A stretch of 64,000 nt of DNA from a phage. A program made the translations under genes and the position numbers. Below are positions 38,124 to 48,143 of this stretch, one piece after another. The notes below the pieces were generated by a model. The model saw nothing but the letters and a program-made list of their open reading frames with translations. It did no database searches and had not been told where the DNA came from. Where the stretch lies: sequence record PX441839.1; one strand, given 5' to 3'. How positions within the stretch are numbered: position 1 is the stretch's first letter; each line of letters starts with the position of its first letter.

Positions 38124-39644
38124 AGAACCTGCAAACTGTGCCGACTGAACCTGACCACCAAATTCATGGGGTTTTCCAGATTCCGGTTTGTTCAAGTGAC
38201 AGAAACAATAATATGTGAAACCTAAGTCCTTTGCAAGGATAGAGATCTCATCTGAAAATCGTTCCAGTTCTGTGTTAGCATCACCTGGTGACATACCTTG
38301 CACAAGTCGAGTAATTGGGTCGATAATAATATCTTCACAACCCTCCACCAAGACTGCGTGGCGGATTGCACCCTTCACCTCGTCCCATACTGCACGACCA
38401 TAGTTGGAATAATAAATGATCTTATCGCCAACATAATCTGTAGCTTGGATTAGTTCTTCATGCTTGAAGTATCCACGTTGTCCTTCAAAGATTTCGTTAC
38501 CCCAAACATCTCGGTAAGTCCCATCTTCCTGAGGGATCATTACCTTTTCTGCGTTAATGAAGTCCTTGTGGTAAATTTTACCTGCAACCTTCTTACAAGT
38601 GATGTCGTTCTCTTCTTCAAACTTAAAGATACCGACTTTCTTCTTGTCTTTTTCAATGATGTGCTCGACAAGTTGGTTAACAAACTCGGACTTACCGATC
38701 TTAACACCTGCACCAAGGAAGTATCCCTCTCCTTTACGACGACCCAGTGTCAACTTGGTCATGGTAGGCCAAGGCCATGATTTACCAAGTTTTGGAATCT
38801 CGTGCGCTTTGTCTCGAAATTGTGCATACGTAGAGAAACCTTCTGGTACATAGTCCTTTGGCTTCATTGCTGCCCAGAATAATTGGTCAGCCATTCCCTT
38901 GATGTACATGTCGCATGGGTCCATGTCCTCTGGGATGTCAACAACCTTCATCTGAGGAATTACTGAGTAAACCGCTGCAACAGCATCCTTACCTTTCATA
39001 ATCCCCTTGGCCTTTTCTGCCTCCGTTGCACGATCAGCATCAAAAGCTACAATAATCTCTTCAAACTTGTTCAGAAGCTTGTAGTTGTTCTTCTGAGCTA
39101 GGTTCTGCACGGCATTAGATGTGCCGTTGGAAATTGAGACCACCGTGAAGTTTGGTTTACGTGCATTTCCATCCTTAGATTTATACTTTTCTCGGAGAAC
39201 CTGCCACAACACTGCCGCATCGTACTCGCCCTCCGTGATAAAAATCATGCGACGTGAGGATTTATTTGCACCCTCCAGACCAAACAGGTCACAAGCGACA
39301 GATTGGAAACCAATCGTACTAAAGTGGCCCTTCTGTTGCTTAGGAATGGTCAGATCTCGCTTCTTAAAGCCGACGATCTTACCCTCCAGTGTGTAGGGAA
39401 AATAGTGCGCCTCTGGTGTCATCCCATCCTTGGCAGACAGCTTAGTCCTGATTCCAAAGCGCTCTGCCGTCTTCTGATCGATACCTCGCTCAGGGATGGC
39501 TTTAAATGGGTAAGTTTTTACATCTTCTACTGTTTCTTCAACCTTGTTCATACGACCACCCCCTACTGAACGAGATACCGATGCCTTCGGGTTCTTGTAC
39601 CCCGTCTTATAACCACCAAACAGACCTTCACCTAATGTGCTCAC
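38124..39644 (-). CDS. Primase-helicase (T7 gp4-like), exon 1
   Basis: TOPRIM FITEGEYDA; Walker A GAGVKIGKSEF; H3-like CHLNKPESGKPHEFGG; last few ORF-track codons (38106-38123) interpreted as intron read-through. Confidence 0.7.
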
Positions 39645-39804
39645 TCACCAATCTCCTTTACCATCGTTGCTACAAAAATGGTGTTTCCGTTACCATTTAT
39701 ACCAACAGTGACCGGACCTGCGAGTTTGTAACCGTATCCGTACCACTTCTCGATAGTATCTTCAAGGACCTGCATGTTGGTGTAATTTAACAGTTTCACT
39801 TCCA

Positions 39805-40080
39805 TCAAAAACCTCCAGTTTCCTCGTTAAATGCACGATTTATTTGTGCATCACGAATTTGGGCCGAGATCTCAGAATAGATTACCTGCTCTGGAATGTC
39901 AACAAGGATCTTCTCTCCTTCGTCGAACACCTCAACAGAGATAATGTCGAGATAATCGCTGGCATCCCAATCCGATTGAGGATTCTTAATACCCTTGTGG
40001 AGCATAAACTCTACTTCAACAATGATCTCTTTAGCCATGTCTACGTTGAAATATGGAAAATCAATAGTTACTGTACGCAT
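39805..40080 (-). CDS. Hypothetical protein
   Basis: 91 aa ORF. Confidence 0.35.
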   Translation of the reverse strand: MRTVTIDFPYFNVDMAKEIIVEVEFMLHKGIKNPQSDWDASDYLDIISVEVFDEGEKILVDIPEQVIYSEISAQIRDAQINRAFNEETGGF

Positions 40081-40101
40081 TGTTTGCTCCTTCTTTTATT
40101 A

Positions 40102-40293
40102 TCACTTCTTTCCAGAAATCTGATCTTCTTTTACTTGGGTCTTCACACCATCAGGCATTTCCACGAGGTACGCATTGCAGGAGAGGTATTCCTGTTGCAT
40201 CAAAACCTTCCCGTTTCCACGTAAATCCCACTTCATGGGGCCTTGGTCAAAAACAACCACCTCATTAATTTCGTACTTGAAAGTATTCTTCAT
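40102..40293 (-). CDS. Hypothetical protein
   Basis: 63 aa ORF. Confidence 0.3.
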   Translation of the reverse strand: MKNTFKYEINEVVVFDQGPMKWDLRGNGKVLMQQEYLSCNAYLVEMPDGVKTQVKEDQISGKK

Positions 40294-40564
40294 CTGTAAT
40301 CACCTCGGTTAGCATTTCAAATCCATCTTTTTCAAGATAGAACTTCATACTGGCCTTATCCACAGGCATTATTAGCCACATTTCGTCATTTTTGCAACAA
40401 TACAGGTTTATGCCGTAACCCAGGTCACAAGCCCGATCAAATCCATTCTGTGTTTTTCTTACTTTGCACCGCACATTCTTAACCATTACTCCACCTCCAA
40501 ATATTTCTTCAATGTTTTGGCAATATGGGTTCTGAGTTGTTGGGTCTTCCCATACGTTACGCAA
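40265..40564 (-). CDS. Hypothetical protein
   Basis: 99 aa ORF. Confidence 0.35.
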   Translation of the reverse strand: MRNVWEDPTTQNPYCQNIEEIFGGGVMVKNVRCKVRKTQNGFDRACDLGYGINLYCCKNDEMWLIMPVDKASMKFYLEKDGFEMLTEVITDEEYFQVRN

Positions 40565-40740
40565 ACTTCCCGAATGTCATTCACCATTTGGTTAAAGAGG
40601 TGGGGTTTGATCTTAGTACCACCTCTGGAACACTCAAGCTCCTCAAGCGTCTCAATCGCCTTCTGAGCGATATCTGTCATTTGCCTAGGGTTATCATGGG
40701 CTGCGTCTTCAAAACGCTCCCAGAGGCGGTACGCTTTCAT
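40486..40740 (-). CDS. Hypothetical protein
   Basis: 84 aa ORF. Confidence 0.35.
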   Translation of the reverse strand: MKAYRLWERFEDAAHDNPRQMTDIAQKAIETLEELECSRGGTKIKPHLFNQMVNDIREVCVTYGKTQQLRTHIAKTLKKYLEVE

Positions 40741-40916
40741 TTACTCACCTTTCTCCTTGCGTTCTTCGAGAAGACTGTGAATTTCGTTCTCGTAGATAAT
40801 TTGGTGACGGTATTCTTCCGCTAAACGGGCGGTGTTGGCAACCGCCAAGTCACGAAGACTTAGCAGTTGACGCGTTGTCAGGTTGTTTAGCTCTTTGCTG
40901 AAATCAATAACTTCCA

Positions 40917-41156
40917 TTATTTACCTACCTTAGTGATCTCTTCTTCCGTAAGAATGTACAGGCGAGAGTACAGTTTCTCAGAGAACTCCTCCCCCGCAGT
41001 GTCATAAATTTCCACGAGGGTTACATCGTAAACAATACCCTCACCATCCTCGGTAACACGTTCACCACGAATATACGCAGTGCCATGCCAATAATCGGAC
41101 CCCCAAGTGGTCTTTTCATTGAAGTGTACGAAATCACCGCTCTTGTACTTACTCAT
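40917..41156 (-). CDS. Hypothetical protein
   Basis: 79 aa ORF. Confidence 0.35.
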   Translation of the reverse strand: MSKYKSGDFVHFNEKTTWGSDYWHGTAYIRGERVTEDGEGIVYDVTLVEIYDTAGEEFSEKLYSRLYILTEEEITKVGK

Positions 41157-41158
41157 AA

Positions 41159-42571
41159 TTAACCTCCAAAAATTTGTGGGAATGTTCTTTTATAAAAATC
41201 AGCCACTTGCTGGTCAACAATAATATCTTTCACCCGCAACGGCTTAGACAAACGCAGACCCTCTACACTTCGGGCACGAGACAGCATAACATATGTCTGA
41301 CCTGCTGTAAATGCCCCGTATCCAAGGTCAATATTAACCTTGTCTAAGGTTAACCCTTGACTCTTGTGTCCGGTAATAGCATAACCCAGTTTGAGTGGAA
41401 ACTGCAAGAACTTTCCGATCTCCTTATCCACAAGGCGGGTTGCCTCTACCTTCTTCTTGACGGTTTTCTTTGTCCCGTCAGGCATATCAACTTCCTCTTC
41501 CACCTCTTTCCAATAGGTCTCTGGAACCTGAATGTTGTTTTTCCACTCATTTCTTCCCAGCGTCACAGGGACACCGTCTACATTAACAACTACGAATGTA
41601 CGGGCAATACGGGATACAATTCCAACAGTCCCATTAACATATTGTGGCTCACCCTCCCCCTCTTTGGGGTTGTGGTTTACAGTAATCATTACCTTTAGCC
41701 CAACCTTCAAGCTTAAGGTTTCCTGTACCGGACGGTCAGGGAACTCTCCACTAATATGAGCTTGGAACTCATGAGCCTCTGCCTTAATTTTGGCAAACTC
41801 ACGAGCATTGATTGCCTCTGCCATCTTGTTTGTTGTGGTCAAGGTAACAGCATCCGCAAGAGGCGCTTTCCCAAAGCAACAGTTCTTATTGAGGAACTCT
41901 ACAGCTTCGTTTAAGTTCTTACCAACACGGATGTTGTTCAGATGGTTAGCATACACAGGGTCTGCCTGTCGGTGAACCTTCGGCAGATAGCAGTTCGTAA
42001 AGTTTAAAGAGTTCCATACATCACTTTCGAAAGGGATCTCATCTCCATATAGGCGACGGAATTCCGCAATTTCGTTACGAACCAGAACAGGCTTAATCTG
42101 GAACCCATCCCCAAAAGCGATGACCTGTAGGCCACCAAATGGCTTGTTAACTTTCCGATGGTGTCGGAGTTTCATATCCATCTCTTTCAACTTATCTCTC
42201 CGCACCATAGAGATCTCATCGATAACAAGAGCTTCTAGGGCATCGGAGGATAACAGCATCGCCGCCTTCCGAGATTTCGCCTTGTAGTCCTCGTCTGTCG
42301 TGATGCCAAAAGTAAGTCCAAAAGCCTTGTGGCAAGACATCCCCGCAATATTAAGTGCAGCAATCCCCGTTGGGGCAACGAACAAAAAACTCTCCCCAAA
42401 GAACTCCCTGAGAGACGAGATCATCATACTTTTACCAGAACCACCTGGTCCAGTGATGAACACATTCTCCCCTGCCATAATAGCTTCCATCCCTGCATCA
42501 TTTCCGATTACTGTTTTACTCACCAATATACTCCTCGATTTCGTCAGGGTAAAGGACGTATGTCTTTCCAT
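41159..42571 (-). CDS. SF1 DNA helicase, Dda/RecD/Pif1-like
   Basis: Walker A FITGPGGSGKS, Walker B LVIDEISMV, C-terminal VMLSRARS-type motif. Confidence 0.7.
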   Translation of the reverse strand: MERHTSFTLTKSRSILVSKTVIGNDAGMEAIMAGENVFITGPGGSGKSMMISSLREFFGESFLFVAPTGIAALNIAGMSCHKAFGLTFGITTDEDYKAKSRKAAMLLSSDALEALVIDEISMVRRDKLKEMDMKLRHHRKVNKPFGGLQVIAFGDGFQIKPVLVRNEIAEFRRLYGDEIPFESDVWNSLNFTNCYLPKVHRQADPVYANHLNNIRVGKNLNEAVEFLNKNCCFGKAPLADAVTLTTTNKMAEAINAREFAKIKAEAHEFQAHISGEFPDRPVQETLSLKVGLKVMITVNHNPKEGEGEPQYVNGTVGIVSRIARTFVVVNVDGVPVTLGRNEWKNNIQVPETYWKEVEEEVDMPDGTKKTVKKKVEATRLVDKEIGKFLQFPLKLGYAITGHKSQGLTLDKVNIDLGYGAFTAGQTYVMLSRARSVEGLRLSKPLRVKDIIVDQQVADFYKRTFPQIFGG

Positions 42572-42698
42572 CCACTAAGGATTCACATAAGTAACTTTGA
42601 ATGAATCCATCGTGAAAATCTAAAACCTTAAATACATGACCCGCCTTTGGGTGGTCGAGTCTGTCACTATAATCCGCCGTCAGATACACTTTCTTCAT
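42516..42698 (-). CDS. Hypothetical small protein
   Basis: ORF with internal start chosen to avoid overlap with the hydrolase gene. Confidence 0.3.
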   Translation of the reverse strand: MKKVYLTADYSDRLDHPKAGHVFKVLDFHDGFIQSYLCESLVDGKTYVLYPDEIEEYIGE

Positions 42699-43213
42699 TT
42701 TACCCTCTCTTTGTAAAATATGTGGTTTCCGATTATTACTGTTCTTACCATACTGGCTATCCAATAGGGCCTGATCTTCTTTGTATGGTAATGCGTAGAA
42801 CCATTCGTGAAATCATAAGATGAGTATACAGCAGGGTACTTGTGCAATGCAAGAATAAATTTGGATAATTTCTTTGCCTTCTCCCAAGTAGCTTTATCCC
42901 TGATCCGGTAATTCTTGCCGGAGTTTGCCCAAGAGAACTGGGAATCTTGATAAACAACACCTTTTACGGAATCTGGATATCTGTCCTTATCTTTTCTGTT
43001 GAGAGTTACAAAACCAACAGCGAGCATACCTCTCTCACCTTCACCAGATGCCTCTTTAAACATGTTACATGCAAGGGCATTGACTGCATTATCATTCTTC
43101 TTGCAGACGTGGACAACGGGTGGGTTTTTCGGTGCGTTCTCTTTAGCCAAAGCCGAGGCGGTGGATAGAGACAACGTACAGGCCAAAAGAATGGCGGTTA
43201 TCCGCTTCTTCAT
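42695..43213 (-). CDS. Secreted cell-wall hydrolase, SleB/CwlJ (Hydrolase_2)-like
   Basis: Signal peptide MKKRITAILLACTLSLSTASALA; EASGEGERGMLAVGFVTLNR...VKGVVYQDSQFSW matches the Hydrolase_2 pattern. Confidence 0.6.
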   Translation of the reverse strand: MKKRITAILLACTLSLSTASALAKENAPKNPPVVHVCKKNDNAVNALACNMFKEASGEGERGMLAVGFVTLNRKDKDRYPDSVKGVVYQDSQFSWANSGKNYRIRDKATWEKAKKLSKFILALHKYPAVYSSYDFTNGSTHYHTKKIRPYWIASMVRTVIIGNHIFYKERVK

Positions 43214-43271
43214 GAGGACTCCTAAAATAATAAAGGCCCAGTGTACTTAACTGGGCCAGTGTGTCAATAGC

Positions 43272-44690
43272 TTATCGCTTCATTTGTGAAAATAAATATG
43301 TTTTAGCTACCTTCGAGATACGGCTACCAACATCCTTCATAGTTAACCCCGAAGTCTCCAGTGTATCGTACTCCTCCTTGTAGATATCTGAGTTAAGCCA
43401 CTTTAAAAATTCACCAACTTTAGGCCCAAGTTCAACAGGGTCTTCGCCAAATACCTCAGTAAGGGCTTGGTCTAGTCGAGATTTGGTTAAAGCATACTCA
43501 ACAAACTTCTCCACAGACTCCAACTTCTCAGGGTCAACCGTCGCCAGTTTCTTCACCTTTGAAGACGAGTGTTTTTCACCCTTAACCTTAAACCATGTCC
43601 CAGAGTTCTTTGCAAGTTCCTTCTTAAGGGGTTTCCATACAACACCCTCACCAATACCAGTCACCCCAAAGAACTTACCGATGGGACAAGCGTCTTCAAC
43701 CTGGGTGGTGATCTCTACAAGCCGATTTGTTGATTTTTCAGGGTCATTGAAGTCAATAACCTCAGTGAACCAGCCAAAATCCATAGCATTGTAGACCTTT
43801 ATATGCGGTGCAGAGAGAGCCATCATTGAAATTGTATTCGTCCACTTCATCCCTTGATTATCTCGACCAAAAGCCACACCAATAATCATGAATGTTCGCT
43901 CAAGCTCAGATACGGCAACGCCCTTTTGAATGCCCTTCCCCATCCACTCACCAGCAATTTCGATAGGGTATTCTACAGGAATGCCTTTGGATCGTGCAAT
44001 GAACTTTGCTTGCTCAAAAAGGTGCTCTACTTGGACAATCTTCTTAGCGAAGAATTCAGCAAACCCGTTGTTGTCTGACACCAAAGGTAACAGTTTACGC
44101 TCTTTACTTTGGAAAGCGATCTCTCCATCAGCGTACTGAACGAAACTCCCATTTGTTCCGTGGGCCTTTACCGTACCAATGTACACCTCTTTTGCATCCG
44201 AAGGCATAGGTTTACGAATGACGTTTCCATCCTCATCCACACCTCCAAATGTCAGAGTATTCTGAACATTCTTAACAACATTTCGGAATTGACCCGTGGA
44301 GGGGTATTTAATAGCTGATTTGTCCACAGGTTCAGACTGCATAAGGTCATGTTGACCGGATACGATCCGAGATTTTAATTCTTCCCACATTTCAACTAGG
44401 TCTTCACCCGTGACAACCTCTTGAACCTTTTCCCCAACCAACTTGTAGGCGCTGTTACGAGTAATTGCGTACAGTTCACCATCTTTTGCGGCAAATCCGC
44501 AAACATAGGATGTTCGGATATCCGAAGAATCTCGGAATCGATTCCCCATATCCTTTTCCAAATTACCAAAAAGACAAATTGCCTTACTTCCTTTCAATAG
44601 ACCTTCCGTGACAATACCGAAGTCAACACTACCTTCAACACGGAGTTCCCCACAATAGCGACGACCTTCAATAATCTTATCCAATTTCAC
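43272..44690 (-). CDS. ATP-dependent RNA ligase-like nucleotidyltransferase (Rnl2-type motifs) with about 170-aa N-terminal extension
   Basis: Motif I KAHGTN (K-x-H-G-T-N), motif III IAGEWMGKG, motif IV GEGVVWKP, motif V WFKVKGEKH. Confidence 0.55.
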   Translation of the reverse strand: MKLDKIIEGRRYCGELRVEGSVDFGIVTEGLLKGSKAICLFGNLEKDMGNRFRDSSDIRTSYVCGFAAKDGELYAITRNSAYKLVGEKVQEVVTGEDLVEMWEELKSRIVSGQHDLMQSEPVDKSAIKYPSTGQFRNVVKNVQNTLTFGGVDEDGNVIRKPMPSDAKEVYIGTVKAHGTNGSFVQYADGEIAFQSKERKLLPLVSDNNGFAEFFAKKIVQVEHLFEQAKFIARSKGIPVEYPIEIAGEWMGKGIQKGVAVSELERTFMIIGVAFGRDNQGMKWTNTISMMALSAPHIKVYNAMDFGWFTEVIDFNDPEKSTNRLVEITTQVEDACPIGKFFGVTGIGEGVVWKPLKKELAKNSGTWFKVKGEKHSSSKVKKLATVDPEKLESVEKFVEYALTKSRLDQALTEVFGEDPVELGPKVGEFLKWLNSDIYKEEYDTLETSGLTMKDVGSRISKVAKTYLFSQMKR

Positions 44691-45183
44691 TCTCCTTTAA
44701 TACATACACGGTAACATCCCAATGAGATAGATTTTTATCAATCATCTTAGAGATAATTTTCCAATCACCTCCGGCAAGACCTGCACCAAGCTTAGGTAAA
44801 CCCACCCGAAGTTCATTTTTTGGTACGTCCAATAAACGAACCTTTCCGTGAAGAGATGCGTTCATCATTTTTAAAGCCTTGTCTAAGGCATCATAATCAA
44901 GGTCCATCTTCCCCTGTTTACGTAACCACCAACCAAACTGACCGTAGAGGTTGTACACAAGGGTTGCGGATTCGAAGCAAAAAGCCTCTGTTATAGTCCC
45001 TAGCTTACCTTGATCACCCTTCTTTGTGTTTTGATCAACGTAGTAAGCCTCTGGAAATGATTTTGCAATCAAGGGAGCAATCCCAGATTTCATAGTGTTG
45101 AAACAATTGCAGCAGTGAGCGATAACATCCACCTCTTTGTCTTTAGCTGCCTGGATAAGATCACCAACCTTGTATTTTATCAT
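44677..45183 (-). CDS. Macro-domain-like protein
   Basis: VGDLIQAA...VDVIAHCCNCFNTMKSGIAPLIAKSF resembles the macro-domain N-terminal signature; weak motif-level call. Confidence 0.4.
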   Translation of the reverse strand: MIKYKVGDLIQAAKDKEVDVIAHCCNCFNTMKSGIAPLIAKSFPEAYYVDQNTKKGDQGKLGTITEAFCFESATLVYNLYGQFGWWLRKQGKMDLDYDALDKALKMMNASLHGKVRLLDVPKNELRVGLPKLGAGLAGGDWKIISKMIDKNLSHWDVTVYVLKESEIG

Positions 45184-45389
45184 ACCTTGCCCCGAATTTC
45201 CTTAGATGCTTTATCTGCTGCCGAAACAACCTCAGAGAATGATTGCGATACATGAGCAATATCCCCGTCGAGATACTCAATAGTCGTGCAAGGTGCATTA
45301 CCTACCTCATCCGACCAAAAAGATTTAACGAGGTTAACAGGGATGGCAACAGGTGTGTTTGTACGAGCATAATTCAGAACCATAAACAT
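45180..45389 (-). CDS. Hypothetical protein
   Basis: Internal ATG start chosen to limit overlap. Confidence 0.3.
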   Translation of the reverse strand: MFMVLNYARTNTPVAIPVNLVKSFWSDEVGNAPCTTIEYLDGDIAHVSQSFSEVVSAADKASKEIRGKV

Positions 45390-45390
45390 A

Positions 45391-45618
45391 TTAAACAACC
45401 TCCCCACTGATGTGTTTCTTAGCCTCATTGACAAGTCGGAGTGCAGTATCAAAGTCTTGTTGGATCACAATAGCCTCGTCATCATAGGTCTCCACGATAA
45501 CTGCCTTAATCTTATCTCCGTTTGGGCCGTCTACCCAATCCCCCACTAAACGTTTGATGTTACTTGCATCCTCTGCATAAGGGTTCCCGCCATTCAGGTA
45601 GTTAAAAAGTACAAGCAT
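45391..45618 (-). CDS. Hypothetical protein
   Basis: 75 aa ORF. Confidence 0.35.
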   Translation of the reverse strand: MLVLFNYLNGGNPYAEDASNIKRLVGDWVDGPNGDKIKAVIVETYDDEAIVIQQDFDTALRLVNEAKKHISGEVV

Positions 45619-45627
45619 ATTATCTCC

Positions 45628-45819
45628 TCAATAGGTCAATGATTTTATTGCTTCGTTGCAAATAGTATAGATGTCTTTATCGGTTATGCCTGGGAAAATC
45701 CTTTTCATTTCATCAAATAAGGGTTTTTTCTTAAAGAACCTTCCAGATCTAGCCAAAGTTACAAATGTGACTATGACTTCAAAATCATCAAATTTTAAAG
45801 GTACTTCCATATCAGCCAT
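45628..45819 (-). CDS. Hypothetical protein
   Basis: 63 aa ORF. Confidence 0.3.
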   Translation of the reverse strand: MADMEVPLKFDDFEVIVTFVTLARSGRFFKKKPLFDEMKRIFPGITDKDIYTICNEAIKSLTY

Positions 45820-46052
45820 TGTGTAGCCTCCTCATATGAGTTAAATACCTTTGACTCTACGGTAATCCATCCGAGATTATCTATAGCATCTTCCTCATAA
45901 TCTTCCTCGTCTTCGTCCCAAATTTCTTGGACGTCTACAAAGATCTTCCCTTCAAAATTAACGTCGCTACATATCTGAACATCCCCGTGGAGTTTAGCCT
46001 CCACTTTGGAGGCAGTTTCATCAAAAATCTCAAATGCTGTATTATCTGTCAT
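45795..46052 (-). CDS. Hypothetical acidic protein
   Basis: 85 aa ORF. Confidence 0.35.
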   Translation of the reverse strand: MTDNTAFEIFDETASKVEAKLHGDVQICSDVNFEGKIFVDVQEIWDEDEEDYEEDAIDNLGWITVESKVFNSYEEATQWLIWKYL

Positions 46053-46492
46053 AAATCCCCCAAGCTTAATCTTCCACCTTTACGCATCTCAAGAAATGCC
46101 TTGAGATCCCCGAACTTCCCTGTTTTCACTACTCCACTTGGCGCTTTGTTATAGTCCCAGGCTTCCTTCGCCTCCTCGATATCACCAACTCGTTTCTCAA
46201 TCCGCTTTCTTAACTCGTAAGCGGAATATCCTGAACGGATGATTCTGGGCGGTATGTAATTTGAAACAAGATCACCGTTTGGAAGATATCTCCCACTTCC
46301 AACCTTAGTTGTGTGCATCTTGATACAACGGACAACATACTCCTCGAACTCTTTTTTAAACGCCGGATGAATAAGAGCCTCTGGTGCAAAGAAATGAACA
46401 GTTCGGTACTTACCATCCTCGCCTTTGAAGTATTTAACCTCTGGGCGACCGAACTGGACTGTAACATCAAAACCTTCAACTTCAAATCTCAT
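46049..46492 (-). CDS. Hypothetical protein
   Basis: 147 aa ORF. Confidence 0.4.
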   Translation of the reverse strand: MRFEVEGFDVTVQFGRPEVKYFKGEDGKYRTVHFFAPEALIHPAFKKEFEEYVVRCIKMHTTKVGSGRYLPNGDLVSNYIPPRIIRSGYSAYELRKRIEKRVGDIEEAKEAWDYNKAPSGVVKTGKFGDLKAFLEMRKGGRLSLGDL

Positions 46493-46548
46493 CTAAAAAG
46501 TCCTCACTTGTTACAATGAGGACAGATTACATGATCCTTTTTAAGTTG

Positions 46549-46857
46549 TCAACTCAGGAGTTGAATCTTTGGACCTTTTTCTTTATCTTCCTCTCGGATT
46601 CGTTGACGAACGTACTTTTCGATATCTGTTGGTCGCCAAAGTTCCACAATAACAACTTCAAATCGCCCAGGGCATCCTGATTGAATGTTCATAAAACCCT
46701 TCATTTCATTAGCACTTGCCTCATCTGCAAACACCGCCTTGGCCCAAAGAGTGAGTCCTTCTGAGGTCTCACCGAGAGATAAGGAGGGCACATTGTGACC
46801 GTCTTGGGTATCATTGATTGCATACAGCAGCGTAGAACCTAATTCTTTCATGCTCAT
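46549..46857 (-). CDS. Hypothetical protein
   Basis: 102 aa ORF. Confidence 0.4.
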   Translation of the reverse strand: MSMKELGSTLLYAINDTQDGHNVPSLSLGETSEGLTLWAKAVFADEASANEMKGFMNIQSGCPGRFEVVIVELWRPTDIEKYVRQRIREEDKEKGPKIQLLS

Positions 46858-46866
46858 AAACTCTCC

Positions 46867-47199
46867 TTATTCGCCTTTTATTAATTCCAGATCGCTTTCT
46901 GGGATGTAGTAGATACCTTTGCGGTAGAACCACTCATAACCTTTATCACCCTCAGTGATCTCTGCTCCGACAATGGTGAATGTTTTACCGGAGAATTTAT
47001 CTTTCACGACATCTCCAATCTTGAACTTCGCCAAACCTACCTCACGTATACCACGAAGACACTCCCGTGTGGAAATAGCCTCATGCAAGATACCACGAAG
47101 GCGACCTATAGGATAATCAATCACATCATCATCGTCAAAACCGGGATACGTTGTCTCGATCTCTTGAAGAATATCCTCCATTGACAGTCCATCAATCAT
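46867..47199 (-). CDS. Hypothetical protein
   Basis: 110 aa ORF. Confidence 0.4.
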   Translation of the reverse strand: MIDGLSMEDILQEIETTYPGFDDDDVIDYPIGRLRGILHEAISTRECLRGIREVGLAKFKIGDVVKDKFSGKTFTIVGAEITEGDKGYEWFYRKGIYYIPESDLELIKGE

Positions 47200-47914
47200 T
47201 CTTAGGACCCTCTAGCATATCCATGTTACCACCAAGTGACTTGATCCCTGTCCGCACAATCATATTATTAATTGTAGCCTCAACCTCCGCCTGAGCTTTT
47301 GTTACAATGATCTCAGAATTCTCCTTGAACGTTGACAAAGCGTGGGCCGTTGTCTCAGGTAGTCGGCTGTGAAGACGAGACAATTGGCTCAAGACTTTTG
47401 TCAATTCTCCTTTGTTGGCCTTACCTTTAGCGACCAAATCACGAAGTTCATCCAAACCTGTGTTGAAATCCTTTACCAGATCCTTGAGGTTGGCCTCTAT
47501 GTCGATATTTGCCATCTCTTCACTGGTATTCTGATTTTCAATCAGAGGGATGGCTGGTTCACCTTTCACGTAGCGTAGCGTACAAGGCACCCCTCTTCCA
47601 CTGTGACAAGATACCAATGCAGCCCATTGGAAAGATGTCATTTCAATCTCAACGATTGACCCTGTTCTACGTGGCGCTGTGCGATACTCAGGGATTCCGT
47701 ATGCTGTTTCCTCGTAACCGACATCAACCCGAAGACTGATTCGCTCATTGTGCTTAATATCTGACCCAAACATCTCCACATTGCCACCAGAAGGGTGGCT
47801 TACACTAACAATACCATATGCAGGGTGCTCTTGAATAACCCGTGGTGTGGGAAAATCCTCAAATCGAACAGTGGGTCGAGTTCGAGGGTATCTTGCCTGT
47901 TTTTCTTTAGTCAT
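47192..47914 (-). CDS. Hypothetical protein
   Basis: 240 aa ORF. Confidence 0.4.
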   Translation of the reverse strand: MTKEKQARYPRTRPTVRFEDFPTPRVIQEHPAYGIVSVSHPSGGNVEMFGSDIKHNERISLRVDVGYEETAYGIPEYRTAPRRTGSIVEIEMTSFQWAALVSCHSGRGVPCTLRYVKGEPAIPLIENQNTSEEMANIDIEANLKDLVKDFNTGLDELRDLVAKGKANKGELTKVLSQLSRLHSRLPETTAHALSTFKENSEIIVTKAQAEVEATINNMIVRTGIKSLGGNMDMLEGPKND

Positions 47915-47915
47915 A

Positions 47916-48143
47916 TCATTTGCTCCCTAGTCCATAAAATTTATCGAACTGAATGCTCCAAAGGTTTACATACGCCTTTCCACGAGGTCGTAGCTCGTTG
48001 ACATGAGTATCGTAAATCTTACCTTTGAGGCGCATCTCATTGCCATATTTATTAACACAGTAGTGGTTAAAAATGTTCTTGCTGATACTGTTATCCATGC
48101 CAACCTTATCATTTTCACTGAAAAGAATTTGTACTTTAGGCAT
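47916..48143 (-). CDS. Hypothetical protein
   Basis: 75 aa ORF. Confidence 0.35.
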   Translation of the reverse strand: MPKVQILFSENDKVGMDNSISKNIFNHYCVNKYGNEMRLKGKIYDTHVNELRPRGKAYVNLWSIQFDKFYGLGSK

